Positions 20,591 through 34,963 are shown, counted from the first letter of the stretch. The stretch: 39,607 nucleotides of DNA from Bigelowiella natans CCMP2755 (GCA_000320545.1 ADNK01003153.1:1-39607); one strand, 5' to 3'. Translations and numbers: made by a program. Notes: a model not told the origin generated them from the letters alone.

Positions 20591-21509
20591 TAGGGCCCTC
20601 AAATCACTAATGCAATAGATAAATCTCAGATTTTTTTCCCCGTTACGAGAATGCAAATCTGTGGAACTTTATTCCGACGTTTCAGATGTTCAAGGTGAAC
20701 GAATTTACCGAGGCATGCATGGATTGCTCCCGCATTTGCGGACTCCCCTCCCCCCAATCCTGGCTCTTCCGAAGCTTGAGACCCCTATTTCCCGCTCTGG
20801 GAATTTAATAGGATTCGATCGAATCCAAGGAGGAATGGTGGAGAGCAGAAAAAGAGCACACCCAATGCATTGCATGATCATTGCCGATGTGCATGCACGG
20901 CACTCGGGAATTACTAATTGCTATCTGCTTAGATTTTAGCTACTATATCCTTGTCGCAGATTTCATACCGATGCTGTTTCGCGCAGAATTCTTTTCCCGA
21001 CGTCTCCCCGATTTTTATCGAGCGACAATGCACTATTCGATGATGAGTTAGAAAAGTCTCTTGATTTGCACACGTGCGTCCTGGATATCGGTAACGTATG
21101 ACGGTAACGGCCTTTGAGAGCGGTAGAAATACCCTGCGACAAGGGCGATCTTTTGTCTCACCGTGAACACCCGCATGCACACATTTTGGGATTGCAAGGT
21201 GAATGATGGAGGGGGATGGGATGGAGAGAAAGAGTTAGAGAGAGAGAGAGGGAGAGAGAGAGAGAGAGAAAGAGAGGTCCAAACCTTCGTGATTATATGA
21301 AATATATTCGACAAGGAATCCATGCTGTATGTCGATTGACTGGGAATGAGGGGGAGTTGGGGATGGGAAATATAGAACCACAATGCACCGACTAAAATAT
21401 GTACAACTCAGCATCCAACCAAAGACATATTAGTGGCTTCAAAGACTGAAAGGAGTAGCATCAAATCGCAGCACACGTGCACTACTCAACGCGTGTGCTC
21501 TCAAAATAA

Positions 21510-21923
21510 ATGCCTTCACTCCTTTTACTCCTTGGAGTGATGTGCTCCCTAGTGCCTTCAGTCAAAGCATCTGCCGCACGAAAGGCTATTGCACTCCTTC
21601 AAAAGCCTGTAGGATATTATAAACATGCCGGAAAACAGGGCCTCTTCTTTGATAGCATAGGCGCAATTGAAGTACTTGCCGATTTCGTGGAGGATGAACT
21701 CTCTACTCAAGTCCAGGGGAAGATACAGACAGCAAAGTTTACAGTTAGCCATTACGGATTGCAAGGATCTGAGGAAGATACAGTGAATGCTCTTCACACT
21801 TGTGCGAATTCGCATGTCACAGCCTCACTGCACGACATTGATCAGAACGCTGAAGCCCAGCTGAAGTCTGCCTTTCAGTGCTTCGCGGAAGCGCTACCAT
21901 ACGACGTTGCCAAAACAAAGTAG
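21510..21923 (+). CDS. Small intronless protein with predicted signal peptide, unknown function (137 aa)
   Basis: ATG-to-TAG ORF with ordinary composition; hydrophobic N-terminus MPSLLLLLGVMCSLVPSVKA with a plausible cleavage site; no family recognised. Confidence 0.6.
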   Translation: MPSLLLLLGVMCSLVPSVKASAARKAIALLQKPVGYYKHAGKQGLFFDSIGAIEVLADFVEDELSTQVQGKIQTAKFTVSHYGLQGSEEDTVNALHTCANSHVTASLHDIDQNAEAQLKSAFQCFAEALPYDVAKTK

Positions 21924-22568
21924 GGAGTTCAAACAGGCACGTTGAAACTGTAATATAGAAGCATTCGTGCGTCGGTGAGATCACATGTTGATTTTCCCAC
22001 TGCTACATTTGTTCATTCCAGCATAGCTAGCAGACTTAGAATGCCTGTTGCGAAAAGAACTTTCAGATTGACCGAGCGCGCTAGGACTCGATTAATTTAT
22101 GTGCACACATCGTAGCAGTTTTTACGCAGTCCTAGAGCCATTCACGCGTCTGCAGCCACCCTTGCACCCGCCACTCGCCGTGGCGCTACTCTGCCCTGCG
22201 GCCATGATGCTTGCACGTATAGCGCGTGCGGTACGTGCCTGCAGCGCATATTGAAACATTTTAATCATTGTATTCATAATTACATCTGCCTCAACTGTAG
22301 ACACAGTATATATAATACGTATGTCTATTGTCTCACGTGCAATGCGATGATCGAACATCTAGCGATGCTGATCGATAGTAAGCTCAGAATACCTTTAGAT
22401 ATATCGGTAACATTATGCTCATCATCATCTGACATTATCTATATCTCCGCTCGGTCTAGCTTAGCCCCTCCTGCTGATGATTATCAAAGACGCATTAACG
22501 ATGATGATGCAGTCCGGAAGTGTGGCATTAGATTAATGCGCTGCTTTAGCCTATCATTTGGAGGATTT

Positions 22569-22931
22569 TCACGTGCCCCCCCCTCTTCTACCCCCAACTG
22601 AAGCAATTTTAACACTGTTTGCGACCTGGTATGCGTCTTCCTCTGCTGCATTGTCTGCGTCGGTTTCATCATTATCGGGTGGACGTTTTCTCTCGCCAAT
22701 GCTACGCTCCTTCCAGTCGGAGTTGACGCTGCTTTGGTGGTTGCTGTATTCATCTTGCCACCTTGGGTTCTGTTCAGAATGAAATGTGGTACAATCTACC
22801 ATGAGCGGCTGATGAGGAGGGAATCGGTGTTTCGTGATGATGATTCATCGAATATACCGCCGCCGTTATTTCGTGTGGCAGCGATAATGACAAGATATTG
22901 CGTTCCAATCACGCCCAAATATCAACATTGC

Positions 22932-22977
<46 letters not shown>

Positions 22978-23555
22978 GAGAGAGAGAACAAGGGACATGG
23001 TTGCGATGGGGAGTTGTAAATCAAAGGAACGAATATAGGGAGGGAGGATGAGGGTGAATATTCTATGGTAATATAGCAACAACAACAACGACAACTTGCA
23101 CCCAAAAGTCAATGCAAGGTATCACCATATGGATAACTCGTCTATTAAAAAAACAACAACACATATATCAGTTACTAACCTGCTTCCCCTCCCTTTCTCC
23201 CCCCTCATTTTCTCCTCCTCCTCCTCCTCCTCCTCCTTCTCCAAAGATGAAGAGGTACCCCCCGCTAATCATCCCGTAGACAGCTACAGAAAAGCTCGCA
23301 ACAGCGGAGATCAGGTAATACCTGTTGGACAGGAGAAACGAACAATATCACCGACGATGAGAGATTTGCGAAAGGCAAAGCGTTACAATATATGCAATAT
23401 ATTTCAAAGGAGTACTATCATTTCCACCCGTTTGTTGGCAGTTGTTGCGATGACGCTATTTGCTGTATGATGGTTGCGATGCCGAGTGAAACGAACGTAT
23501 TCAGCGTGAACGAGATCTGAGTGTCGGGATGGACGATGAGAGATATGCGTATCTT

Positions 23556-23596
<41 letters not shown>

Positions 23597-25989
23597 CTCC
23601 CCCTCCCCTTTCCCTCGTCCTCCCCATTTTAACCCAGCCACCCCATCAGCCATCTACTACCTCGATCGGAAAGGAAAGTCGTTGTCGTTGTTATTGTGGT
23701 TTTCGCTGTTGTTGTGCGCATGCATGCGGTGACAGATGCTGGTGGATTTGGAGTAGTAATAGTACCGCGTATCGAGGTGTGATAGCGTCCGTTGCGATCG
23801 TAGCTGAAGCCAGAGTTATCATATACCCTACGACGGTTTGGTGATGGTGGTTGGTAGTAGTTGTGTTAGTTTCAGTTCCAGGTGTGTAGTTAGGAATGCT
23901 TCTCCCCCCAACCCCCCCCCCCCCCCCCCTTCTCTTTCTCGTTCTGTTTCGCATTATTTTGTTATTGGTCATCATCGTCGTCGTCTTAGCAGCACCGACC
24001 GAAAATCCCCATTGGGATCACGTTCAAGGCCGAGACTGACACGATATCACCTCCAACTCTGTATATAGTATGGCCATCATTCCATCAGCATGTAAAAGCA
24101 TTCCGACAGCATCATCATTATCATCATCACCATCAGCATCAACATCAGCATCGTTATCTTCACGTATTGCGTTTTTCATCATTTAAATTACAGCGTCGAG
24201 AGCAAATAGCACACTCCCGTCGCCCCAGCGCCTACAGCGATCACGCCCCCCGTAAACATCGAAACTGGTGAAATGGAGAGGGCAGGGAGGGAGGATGCAT
24301 ACATCAGCCAGAAGGCGGGGGATTAGATGTGAAGGCGGGAAAATAAAGCTGCGCCTCTCAAATACTTGCTATCTTTTTTATGCATGCAAATCAGAGAATG
24401 CTTTTGATGATCTCGGAATCATAGATAACACGTGTTGATTTCACTGCTACTCCTCCCCCTTCTACAAATGAAACAGTAAGAACGATGAGAACAACAGTCA
24501 CCACTGCTGCTACTGAGACTACCGAATTTCGCAGATTTATACGCTGCGACAGCCCCGATAGTAGCAAAAGCCTGAAAGGATTAGGAGAATGTTGTAGCGA
24601 AAGTAGTAAGAACCAAATTAAGACAAAAAAGAAGAAGAAGGAAACATCAATTTACTGACTAGCAAGCGAAAACTTATTACTATACAGTCGTTATCGACCA
24701 TCATTATCATCATCATCATCATCTTCTTCTTCTTCTTCTTAGTGACTGATAACACCTCCATCGCAGCTTCTAAATAGCCGAATTTGGCATTCACATCTAC
24801 TGCATAGACCTTATTTAACATAACCAAAAAGGTGGGGTGGGGGGGGGTTAATTGTGACTAGTAGTAATGATATGATACTTTCTGCAATATCGGCGCCTCT
24901 AAGCACGCACTTGGTGCAGGCATCACGGGTGTGGGTCGGGGTAGGGATAATTGGCGCTATATCATCATCATCATCATCATTATCATCGGTTGACTCGGCT
25001 CAGGTACAGAACCGAGGTATGACAGATTCTTCCCTCTCATCTCTCTCTCTCTTTCTCTTTCTCTCCTTCTCTCTCACACACACACACACATAGGCATACA
25101 CACAAACTCGTGCGCGCGCGAGACATCAACACCCCCCCCACCTGGTTTTGGTAATAATTGGAGATCATTTGATGAACGCCGAACATAATCGCCCAAAAGG
25201 TACACCACTGCAACGGCAAGCCAACCAGAAAGAGAGGAGAGAGAACAAGAGCAAGAAACAGAAGAGGACATGATTCACCAAAAGCACTAAGCTTATACAT
25301 GATGATGATGATGATGATGATGATATCGTTTATGCACAACTTACAGACCCTCCTCCCTCCCCCCCTCTTCTCCTTCTCCTTCTTCTTGTTCCTACGCACC
25401 TGAACAAGGCGGCGTCCAGTGTACAGCCGCTTCAACTCGGTCCATACTTGTGACCAGCCCCCTCCCTCACTTGCTCCGTTATTGATACGGGCATTGCCAT
25501 GATGGGAGGGGGAGGAGGAGGAAGGGGAAGAAGACACACGGTGGCCTCGGCCAGCTCCCCGACGAAGTAGGAGCGATGCGAGAGAAGGCGGCGCCGGTCG
25601 GGTGGGGGGGGGTAAGAAGAGAACGAAGCAGACCAAGCCTAACGTGTTTAGGTTGATTTGTGGTTTGATGAGAGACCGAAGATGTATATGTAGATATGCC
25701 GTCATCGTCACCATGATCATCATCGTTGTTGTGTTCTTCCCCCCCCCTAACAGCTACGTATCGCACCGATGGTGGTGAAGGCCCATGATAAATAAAAGAG
25801 GGTGAGAAGCGGCTCTCCAGAGTCCACAAGTGCTTGTCCCATTATCGCTCTGCAGTCGTCAAAGAATCGTATTTATGATGTTAATAGGGAAGAAATCAAT
25901 CAGTCGTCTAACTATCAGTCTTTTTCTTCTTCTTCTACGATGTACTCGCCATTATAGAAACCGTCGTCACTGTCACCACCACCACCACC

Positions 25990-26020
<31 letters not shown>

Positions 26021-27580
26021 CAGGCACTATACACACTTGATTCATTATCATTCGTTTTTACTACAATAATGCTGATATTGATATTATCCTGAAGACATCA
26101 TTCGAAACAAAGAGCCTCAGTCGCATACGACAACAAAATAATAAAAGCACGTGCTACCCTACGACGTTAAAGCGATATACAGATAAAACGCATACATACC
26201 CTGCAACGTTTCCTCCGTGGTAGGCAGCCCTCATGTAGCCCGTCGTGCGAACAAACTTCGATGGCGCTGGTGTTCACCATTTAGAGAGGAGGAGAAGGAG
26301 GGGGGAGGAAGCAAGAAGAGGGTAACAACGGGATTGTATGAAGGGATTTAGTCAGGAGGAATAGAAGATTCAAATCATGAGCTCTAAGAAATAAATCACG
26401 TCCGTGTGAGTGCTGCTCTATTTTTGGATGGGCGCTGCGGTTTAATAACAAAGCTTAACTGTTACATCTATCTATCCTAGTGAGCGGTGCATACCTACGA
26501 CTTGGTAGGCATACGCGTAGTAGACCGTATTGGCGCACGTGGCAGCTGCGTAAGTTAGCTGATGACGACGACGACGAAGATATATGTCAGAAATGATGGT
26601 GAAGATAGGATATTTCATGGTTATGACGGTGATAACAGCTATCATTTTTTAGAGGAACGATGACGATAAATGACGAATAGAAATTAGAAGTCTGAACGAC
26701 TGTTTACCTGCATAACAGCCATCATAAACACGCCGTTTGCAAAGATCAAAATCACACGCGTGGCCTGCATAAAAACAACATATTCGAAGATTCTCCGTTA
26801 TTTGACGGAAATATTAGGACCCCTCCGTATACGTTTACATATGCGCACGACATATACTTGCCTGAAGGTTTGGCATTGAATGTGTGCATGGTTGTTATCT
26901 ATCCCCTGTGGGGCGTACGTACCTCTCGGCAAAGCAGTCCGACGAGCACAACTCGGCGATACCTTCGCAAAGAAAACTTAGAAAACTAAAGTATCATGAT
27001 GTTGAAAAAGGAATCACGAATAAATTACACCCAGAATTGGCATGATTGACATACAAACCCCGTAGTACATTTCCTTGCTCACCCGTATATTTCTGCGACA
27101 ATTCCGACTGGTAGGAGAAAAAGGAAGCTTCCATATGTATCATAAGGCCACACCTGAAGTATAATTCCTGCACACTCAGATCCATAATCTCGAAAGACTT
27201 GAGAATCGACGTATCTGAACATCTTGTTGGGTTGTTATTCGCGGTGAAAGGGGAGGTGTTGGCATTGATTACACACCGTGTTGTCGAGTTGCTTCTCCGT
27301 GAGACCCTTATTCTCGATTAGAAAACGAGTCAGGAAAGGTTCCGATGGTTGACAATTCACGAAGAATCCAACCAAGCATAACCCCAATAGTACCCTGCTT
27401 CCGAGGCCTGGCCGGAGGGGGGATAAAAGATCAAAATTCCTCTCGGAAATTCCGTTTCTGACAACTGATACCTGAATCTGAAGAGAAGGGACTGTTCTGG
27501 GACATTGCGTGTCTCTCACCAACGACGGAAGGAACGGCCAAGGCCGAGGCAGGGCCGCGGTCGCGGTTAGGAGCTTTCAT
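22569..27580 (-). CDS. SLC19 (reduced folate carrier / thiamine transporter) family MFS protein, many small exons
   Basis: LCLVGFFVNCQPSEPFLTRFLIENKGLTEKQLDNT|VWPYDTYGSFLFLLPVGIVAEIYG|YRRVVLVGLL..|..MAVMQ|LTYAAATCANTVYYAYAY..TTGYMRAA matches the SLC19A pattern (LC.YGFF...RPSEPFLT.YL..; YYSYIY; TGY.RAA). Start and last exon are inferred. Confidence 0.82.
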
Positions 27581-27809
27581 CGCCTCGGTCCTTGCCAATG
27601 AGCAGACCCGAACCCCAATCTATCTCTCTGCGACAACCAAGAAATTAGTTGTCGCAAGAGCATAACCCAGTCCATCTGATATGTAGGACGACTTGGGCAT
27701 TTTTCTTGCTGCGCCTTTGTTTTATGAGATGGTTTCTGTATAAATACTCTGCTTTTTCGAGAAGAGAAGTTTCCGGGTTGTGCTCTTAATTCGCGTTGCT
27801 AATGACGCC

Positions 27810-28540
27810 AGCGATGATGCTCAAAACAGCTCGATGAAGGCGCTGCTTCTTCTTCTTCCACAGGCAAGCAGTTGTAGGACGGAGTGGAAAATGGAAGAAG
27901 CGAAGGAACTTTTTGAGGAATCCATTAGGTGTCATTAACCAAAAATTGAGAAAATATTTGACAGCAATGCCTGTTGTGTTATCAGCAGGTGCTACTGTGG
28001 AAGAGACGGAAGGAGAATCGATAAGGTATTGTCGCGGAAACTGACGATGCAGGTCGTTCCATTCAATTAGGGTCGCTTCAGCTTATCCACCATTATTACA
28101 TCAGGCATCAGCACTTGGTCACCGAAGTGCTTTAGCAGTGCTACTACAGGAGTTGGGGAGGTAGTCAGTTGTTATTTACCAAAAAATTCTATATTTTTCA
28201 ATCATTCTGTCTTCTTCTTCTCCTTCTTTTTATTTCTGTGCTAACGTACATTTTAACCCTCCTCTTTTCAGTGGAGAAATTTTTTTGATAGGGCTGTCAT
28301 AATCTATCGAGGAGACGTGGAAAAGGGCGATCCTGTTGCCGAGTTTAAGTTGGTATTTATCAGAACAGGAGATATTTATTGTGATAGCATATTTTGATAG
28401 CATACTTATGATCGTCTTACGTAGTCCATGGGTCTTTTCTAATTATAGGGTGTGTGAAACGGGCGCGGGAGAGTAGTGGAGAGAAATTTGGATTGCCGAA
28501 ATCTGCGAAAAGGTTGTTTACTATGCTATTCTTTCTAAGA
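27810..28540 (+). pseudogene. Possible short or degenerate Sel1/TPR-like repeat gene
   Basis: Short GT-AG-bounded segments encode MEEAKELFEESI, LLHQASALGHRSALAVL and DRAVIIYRGDVEKGDPVAEFKL (Sel1-like), but I could not join them in one open frame. Confidence 0.3.
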
Positions 28541-28653
28541 GCTCAGATTTCCCATATAGTGGACTCATTGATACAAAAAAAATGCAATTGATGATTGTCG
28601 TCTACCCCTCAAGCCCTATTTCTCTCCCTCGTGACCACCACTATGTAGACAAT

Positions 28654-28691
<38 letters not shown>

Positions 28692-30324
28692 AATGTGACA
28701 TTCACAGCATATAGCTATGCATCGAAGGCTGCAGACTAATCAACAAGTCCGACTGCGACGTGCTGCCTCTACCAGTCTAGCTAACTTGATCTAGAGCTCT
28801 AGATAGATCTACATCGCAATGCCTGCAAGCAGCATGGACTCTATGTGCACATAGCAGCGTCGTTTGTTCATCTCTAGATCTCCAATCTACTCACTTCAAT
28901 GTGCATGTAGATGTAGACATGCTAGCATGCACACACATGCATTGCATTGTACTGAAGCACTGTTCGCCACACTAGCACGGCCAGCAGCGTGCACAAAAGA
29001 AGCTTTGTACGTGGCTAAATTTGTGTGCATGCGCGTACGATCATATACAGTTATTAGCACATGCACATGTTCTTCACACGCACCGTAATGTGTAGTTTTA
29101 CATACACATATGTTCTTTACCCGCACATGCTAGATGTGTACCAAGCAAGCACATCTAGACATGTGTCCTGAAGCACACATGAATTATACATCCCACATCT
29201 AGACATGTGTCTTAAATAAGTACACACACACATGTCTCCTAATAACGCAGGGGGTACATACACGAATAGAGCCTTTATAAGGCCATATATTGCGCTCACA
29301 GTCGTCGTTAGTCAACTTTTTGCTGTTGTCATCTAGTCATGCCTAGATGCAGTTTGGAGTTAGTTGCGGCAGTCATTTCGTATAGCAAGACGCTGCGCGT
29401 ATAGGAATGAGCATGTTGCATGCAAGGTGCTACGAGTACAGTCATGAACATGTTGCATTCAGTCTGTGCAAAGTCTGTTTGCACGTTACTTTAACTTTAG
29501 GCTCAGCAATGAACAGGCTCATAAGCAGACCAAAAAATAAGATAAATTACAAATTATCCTTCTCAAACAAATAATTGCATCAAAGGTGGCACATAGACGT
29601 AGACTCTCGGGGACACGATTAAATATAATACTTAACTTGCCAATAGAACTATGGCCCTTGAACCCCAATTCAAACTTGCTATACGCTCGTGCTTACACAA
29701 ATTTTCTTTACTTCGTGCAACAATTTTATTTGGATGTTATTTTGACAAACGGATACGGATACAATAAAACTGAAAAAAAATCTAGTATTACTGGAGATAT
29801 TTTTCGAAGGGAGGAGGTTGTTATCAAAATTCAAAGCCTTCTCTACTTAAACTCGATGCAAGAAATTGCATGTATTCAGGATATTTTCACAAGTCGGAAA
29901 GATATCTAGATATGTTGATTTTTGTTTAGGAAGATTACATCGCCAGGAGGTACAAAAATGTACAATTCCCGTTTGGGGCGAAAAGAATCGGCAGTATTAA
30001 ATTCTTTTATTCAAAAAAATGGCGAGGATATATACACTGTAGTTATAACGAATTGTTCGTTAAACTGAATCATTTCAGTAAAGAGCTACTGTATACAACT
30101 GGTCTAAAACAAGAAATACGAATGGCAGCTTTACAACTCTACCAACTTTAAAATGTTTGATATCATATTTGCAAAGAGTTGCATATTCTCGGCAGCCGAG
30201 AGAAAATTATTTACAGGAATAGAGTGTAGCTAAAGAGAAACGCGGTTCTCTTCGGCAAATGCCGTAATAGCTTTCACCTGCAGAAGCAAGTACGCGACAA
30301 AATACTTCAGCTTGAGGTTATTCG

Positions 30325-31140
30325 TTACCCCTGACTCAAGAGGAGGAGGGCTTGCACACCAGCATTGGTGTCGAGGGTGAATGGAGCAGGACTTCTCCCC
30401 TCATCAGATTTGAAAAGTTTGGTATTCAAAGTGGACCCAGCAGGCGAAAGCGGGGCCACAGATTTCAGCTTCTTAGACATTCGTCTCTTGCTTTCCCGTG
30501 AGTCGTCGCCATATTTCTCCTCCTGAGGAAAATTTGCGTTTTAGTCCAGCATCGGGGTAAATAAAATAAATACAATTAGTACATACCTCGTCATCGAATG
30601 AATTTCTTTTCCTGAAACCCGTCTTGGAAGATACTCTGCCATGTCCAAAGCGTATGTTCTCGTCCTCGCGGCGGTCCTTGTTGCGTCGAGGAGGGATCAG
30701 ATTTTCGCGGCCTTGTCGTTTCAATTTGATGAAGTGCTTCTGGGCATGACTAACAAAATTCGCAAAACATCATTTGGAAATTAGCTGGAGAATAGATTCA
30801 AAGGGGACGAAATTAAAGCATACCCCCTGACACCAACTTCGAAATATGCCACCAACTTGGGATTGAAAGTTAAAAAGAAAGTAACGAAACAAATTCCGAG
30901 AATCCTCAGAGAACATTGGGAGTCTTATCTACACGTCTACACAAATTTCTACCTTCGAATCTGAACGACAGTCCTTGTGCCCACATGTGCGGTAACCTTG
31001 CTCCAGTCACGTTTGTACATTTTGATGCCTTCGAGGAAGCGGTTGTGCTCTTCAGTTGTCCATGCTTGCCTTTGGTTCCTGATTGTGTACTTCCTCGGGA
31101 GCCGCGCCTTCGATCCGTCTGAAGTCGGAGAACTTGACAT
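30325..31140 (-). CDS. Single-repeat MYB transcription factor, SHAQKYF (CCA1/LHY/RVE-like) class, 3 exons
   Basis: RKYTIRNQRQAWTTEEHNRFLEGIKMYKRDWSKVTAHVGTRTVVQIRS|HAQKHFIKL..LIPPRRNK; third exon ends AGVQALLLLSQG* (TAA at 30327-30325). Confidence 0.92.
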
Positions 31141-32953
31141 TGTTTTTGGTTTCCTGTATATTGTATAAGGTAGTTGCCGGGGGCAGAGGGGGGGGGGGCT
31201 AAGGAGTCTGTCCTTTATCTTTTCGCTTTAACTAAGGGGGGGGGAGCTTGATCTACTGTAATTCGAATCAAGGACGGAGGTGGTAAATTTTTGGGAAGTG
31301 GCTAAAATGCTCAATTTTTAGAACCCCCCGCCAATATGTATTCAGGCCTATCTTCTCCACTTATTAAGACAAGAGATGGCTAGAATTATTTTGTTTCTTT
31401 TCATCTGTGTTGTCTCTGCGATATAATGAGCTTAATTATGGGTACCGAAAAAGATCCCGTAGCCTTAAGATAGGATTAAATACTTTGCTATTTCTTCTCA
31501 CTCGCTTTCTTCTAGTCTCTCTTTCAATTTCAGCTTCCTGTATCATTGGTAAATATAATCACATAAAAAATTATTATTATAAATTATGCATCCGACATGA
31601 TGCATCCTTGATTTAATCAAAGTTTACACCTTTATATGAAAGTCAAAATCGAAAGATGTAGCTGAAAATAGTTCTTTCCGAGAAGAAATTAGTGGCGAGG
31701 ATGACACAGAATTTTCACCAAAAAGAACACCAAAGTGCATACATATTCAGTTTTGTGGCTTCAAAATGATTGTCATTATTTAGAAGATGGATGCCTTTTA
31801 TCTGGTACTGAAAACTTGTTGTTAAATTTTGTTAAATAATATCAATGTTTGTTTCATCTTTACGGAGTCTGCGAGCTGAATTTTGAAAGAAGAAGTGCTG
31901 CTTGAGTTTTTTTGAATTTTCAAGGAAAGTCTCGGCAAGCGGAGAAAAACTCCTGCATTTCAAAATAGATAAATGCACAAATCCCGGATTTTCTGATATT
32001 TACAATTTTTCATAAAAATATCCTGGTATTTTGAAGGATTTCGCACTCACAGTTGTAATTTACTTTAAAATGAAGTTTTCAGATTGTAATCACAACTTGC
32101 ATTTAGAATTACTAAAAGAAGTCAATGTATATTTTGAATCCGACAAAGACAGAATTAATTATTCAAAAAAAATTAAAGATGTTTAGAAATAAAATTAGTT
32201 GGGGGACTATCTCGTTCTTTTCGAGTCTCTTTCCAGTCTCTTTCTGGAAGGCTTTCTGTTTTCAGCCTAAATGTGGACAATAACAGAGCAAATATACACA
32301 GAATATATTGGAAATAATGAAAGAATATGTTAAATGTCTTGACGTCATGATGAAATACAAGGCACCCAGTATGCTAAGGAATCAAATTCTTTCATTGCTC
32401 CTGGAAAGCTCCCGCCTTATTTGCAACAACGACTCTGTTTTCAGGGACGGAACATGAACTGGCGCGAATCTAGATCCCTGAACACATTCGTAGTCTGGCT
32501 AATAAAAACTACCCAAATCCGATGTTTTTAGTACACGCGGCCCGTTTATGATGAGTTTACATGAATTTACCAGAAAATCTTCATGAAACTGAAGAAAATT
32601 TGTATAAAATAAAAATTCGGTGATGGCATCCTCTCGGAAATGACCGACTTCTCCTTTTTATTAGACTGTGGAGACAAGCATTCCCCTGTCATTTTTTGTT
32701 GGGAAAACTGTCCCTCAAATTTGATTCCGGTCCGTTTCTTTTCGGGAGGAGTTGCAAGGGCAGAGACCGTCATGATGGGTTTGACCAGGCAGCGAGCGGG
32801 GTGGGGACGTGGGTGGTTACGGGTTCTTTGCCTCTTCATTACGCCCCCATGTGATGCCTCCTTGCTTCACGTTGAGCTAATGGAATATCTATGTCTTAGC
32901 AGCGTCAAAATCTGTGTCCACTTTTTTAAAAATTATACGTATAAATGGGTTAG

Positions 32954-33662
32954 AATGCCATCTTCGACGCCGTCGGGCACCGCGTCTGCTGCTGGCTATT
33001 TCTGTAGCATGCTTCGTCGTCGTTTTGGGCCTCATCTCCAGCTGGTCTTCATCCGACGAGGATGCACGCCTTGAGTTTGGGTGGGGCAAAAAGATCGCGG
33101 ATGAAGCAAAGAGGTGCGTAGATAGTTGGAGGTGTAATAGCCTGTTTGAACGACCGAAATTTGGTGATCCTCACTCAGCATTGAAGAGAAAATCACGTGC
33201 TGCGCCGCGGATGTTCGCAGCTCCTTCGCTTGCTTGGGAAACAAAGCAAAACAGTACATCGGCACGAGTCTCGGTATGCGAGCCTCGAAACTAAGAAAAA
33301 TGAGATCGCTAATGGTGTGATTTATATGTATACCCATCTTCTTAGGAAAAGGGGGGAATGACAGGTCGGAAAGCTCACTCAAGGTAGAAAAGCCTCTGCC
33401 CTGTACCATCACAGTCCAAAGGAGTGTTTCGAATTGTAGGCCAACCGTGAGTCCAGGGAAGGCCACAAGCTACTGAAGAAGCGGACTGTGGCGAGCTGTA
33501 GCAGCGCAGCGGAGTAAGTACTTCTTATTTATTCCTACCTTGCACATGCATGCTCATAGCAAGACTACGATGCACAAGTGAATGTCAATGTCCATGCAGC
33601 ATTCGATCGCTCACCCATTGTACTCCAGAAATATGGCGCGAAAGACTACTATTCTAAAACTG

Positions 33663-33696
<34 letters not shown>

Positions 33697-34459
33697 ATCA
33701 GGCATTTCAAGAAAGCTTTTGACTTCGACCAGGAGCCGAGCCACCTTAGAGACGCCGCGGAAGCACTCAATGCCGTGAGTAACCCCCATTGGCACTTTAT
33801 TCTGCCACGATGAATGCACCTAACTATGATATTCAGTCGTGTTATCCCTCTCGGAACTAAGCTGATTACCCCCCCCTCCCCCAACCCGTGCAATCATGGC
33901 AACTTCCGCCGGCACAGGTGATGCGAATGCAGACAAACGCCAACGCCATTTGCTTCGAGGGCTCGAATGATATACCTAGACACAAAAACATATGGAAAAA
34001 GTACGGCTCTGAGGTACAGTCCCCTCCCCGCCATCCCGACTAGTGAGATCATGATGTGCTAACGCCGCTGTGATAGCGCGCTCACTTGTACCCAACGCAT
34101 ATCCACCTGTCTCGGCTACCATTCTTACTCGTACACGCACCAAACACACCTACACATACGAACACACATACACAGTGCTTACATATTGCACGCAGTCGGA
34201 GAAGCTGGCCTCACAAGCCTTGAAAGAGAGGCCGAAAGATCCGGAATACCTTGCCACCTACACGGATAGCTTTATATTTTCCTGCAGGTAGTAGTTGTTG
34301 CAGTTGGTTTGGGGGGGGGGGGGGGGGGGGGAAAAAATAATCCTTGTGAAAACAAAAAGAAACTGGTTCCCCCGGGATCAGGCCGATTTTGGAGAATGGA
34401 TGCGGTCCGAGTCTCAGAGAGGATATAAGAAAGCCCTGCAACAGCATTCCCAGCAATAG
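32954..34459 (+). CDS. Multi-exon protein of unknown function with N-terminal signal anchor and helical (TPR-like) segments; start not resolved
   Basis: RRRRAPRLLLAISVACFVVVLGLISSW hydrophobic segment, then GT-AG exons ANRESREGHKLLKK, HFKKAFDFDQEPSHLRDAAEALNA, SEKLASQALKERPKDPEYLATYTDSF and a probable last exon FGEWMRSESQRGYKKALQQHSQQ*. Confidence 0.5.
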
Positions 34460-34963
34460 ACAGAGCCATACTTGCTATTACTGTGTATTTGTTGTCACGT
34501 TTCCATACTGAATTTGCATGCATAAACCCTCGGGCAAGAAGTTAGCTGCATATGTAGGGCGTGTATGTATGTGTACGCTTGTGTGTGTGTAGATTTTATA
34601 GTAGAGCAGGGATTGCGACTGCTGGGTGTGGGGTACAAAGCGTGCGGCTTGCTAGCAACAACACTACTAGCCTGGAGCGTAGTCAAGCATTTATGGCTTA
34701 ACGTTGCTTGTGCGGTGCTAAGTGACAAATATGCGTTTGGTGTTACGTGAATATTATATATGGACCCACATGTAGAGCAGATAAATAATGCACTGAAGAG
34801 CAAGCGTTTGTATTTGAGCAACATGTTCTGATTCAATTACTTCGTCATTGAATAACTGCAGCTGCTGGCGACGGCCTTCGCTTTTGTACTTTTACTAGCC
34901 AATTGAACATTATTATAATTAATGACGCCCGCTATCATGCCAGTATGTGCTTACAGCACTGGT

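Noticed and set aside
20661-21383. Short ORFs between MPDU1 and the secreted orphan
   Set aside because: No recognisable family and no consistent exon chain found.
32345-32482. Possible C/D-box snoRNA (ATGATGA...CTGA)
   Set aside because: No convincing terminal stem or recognisable rRNA guide; such motifs occur by chance.
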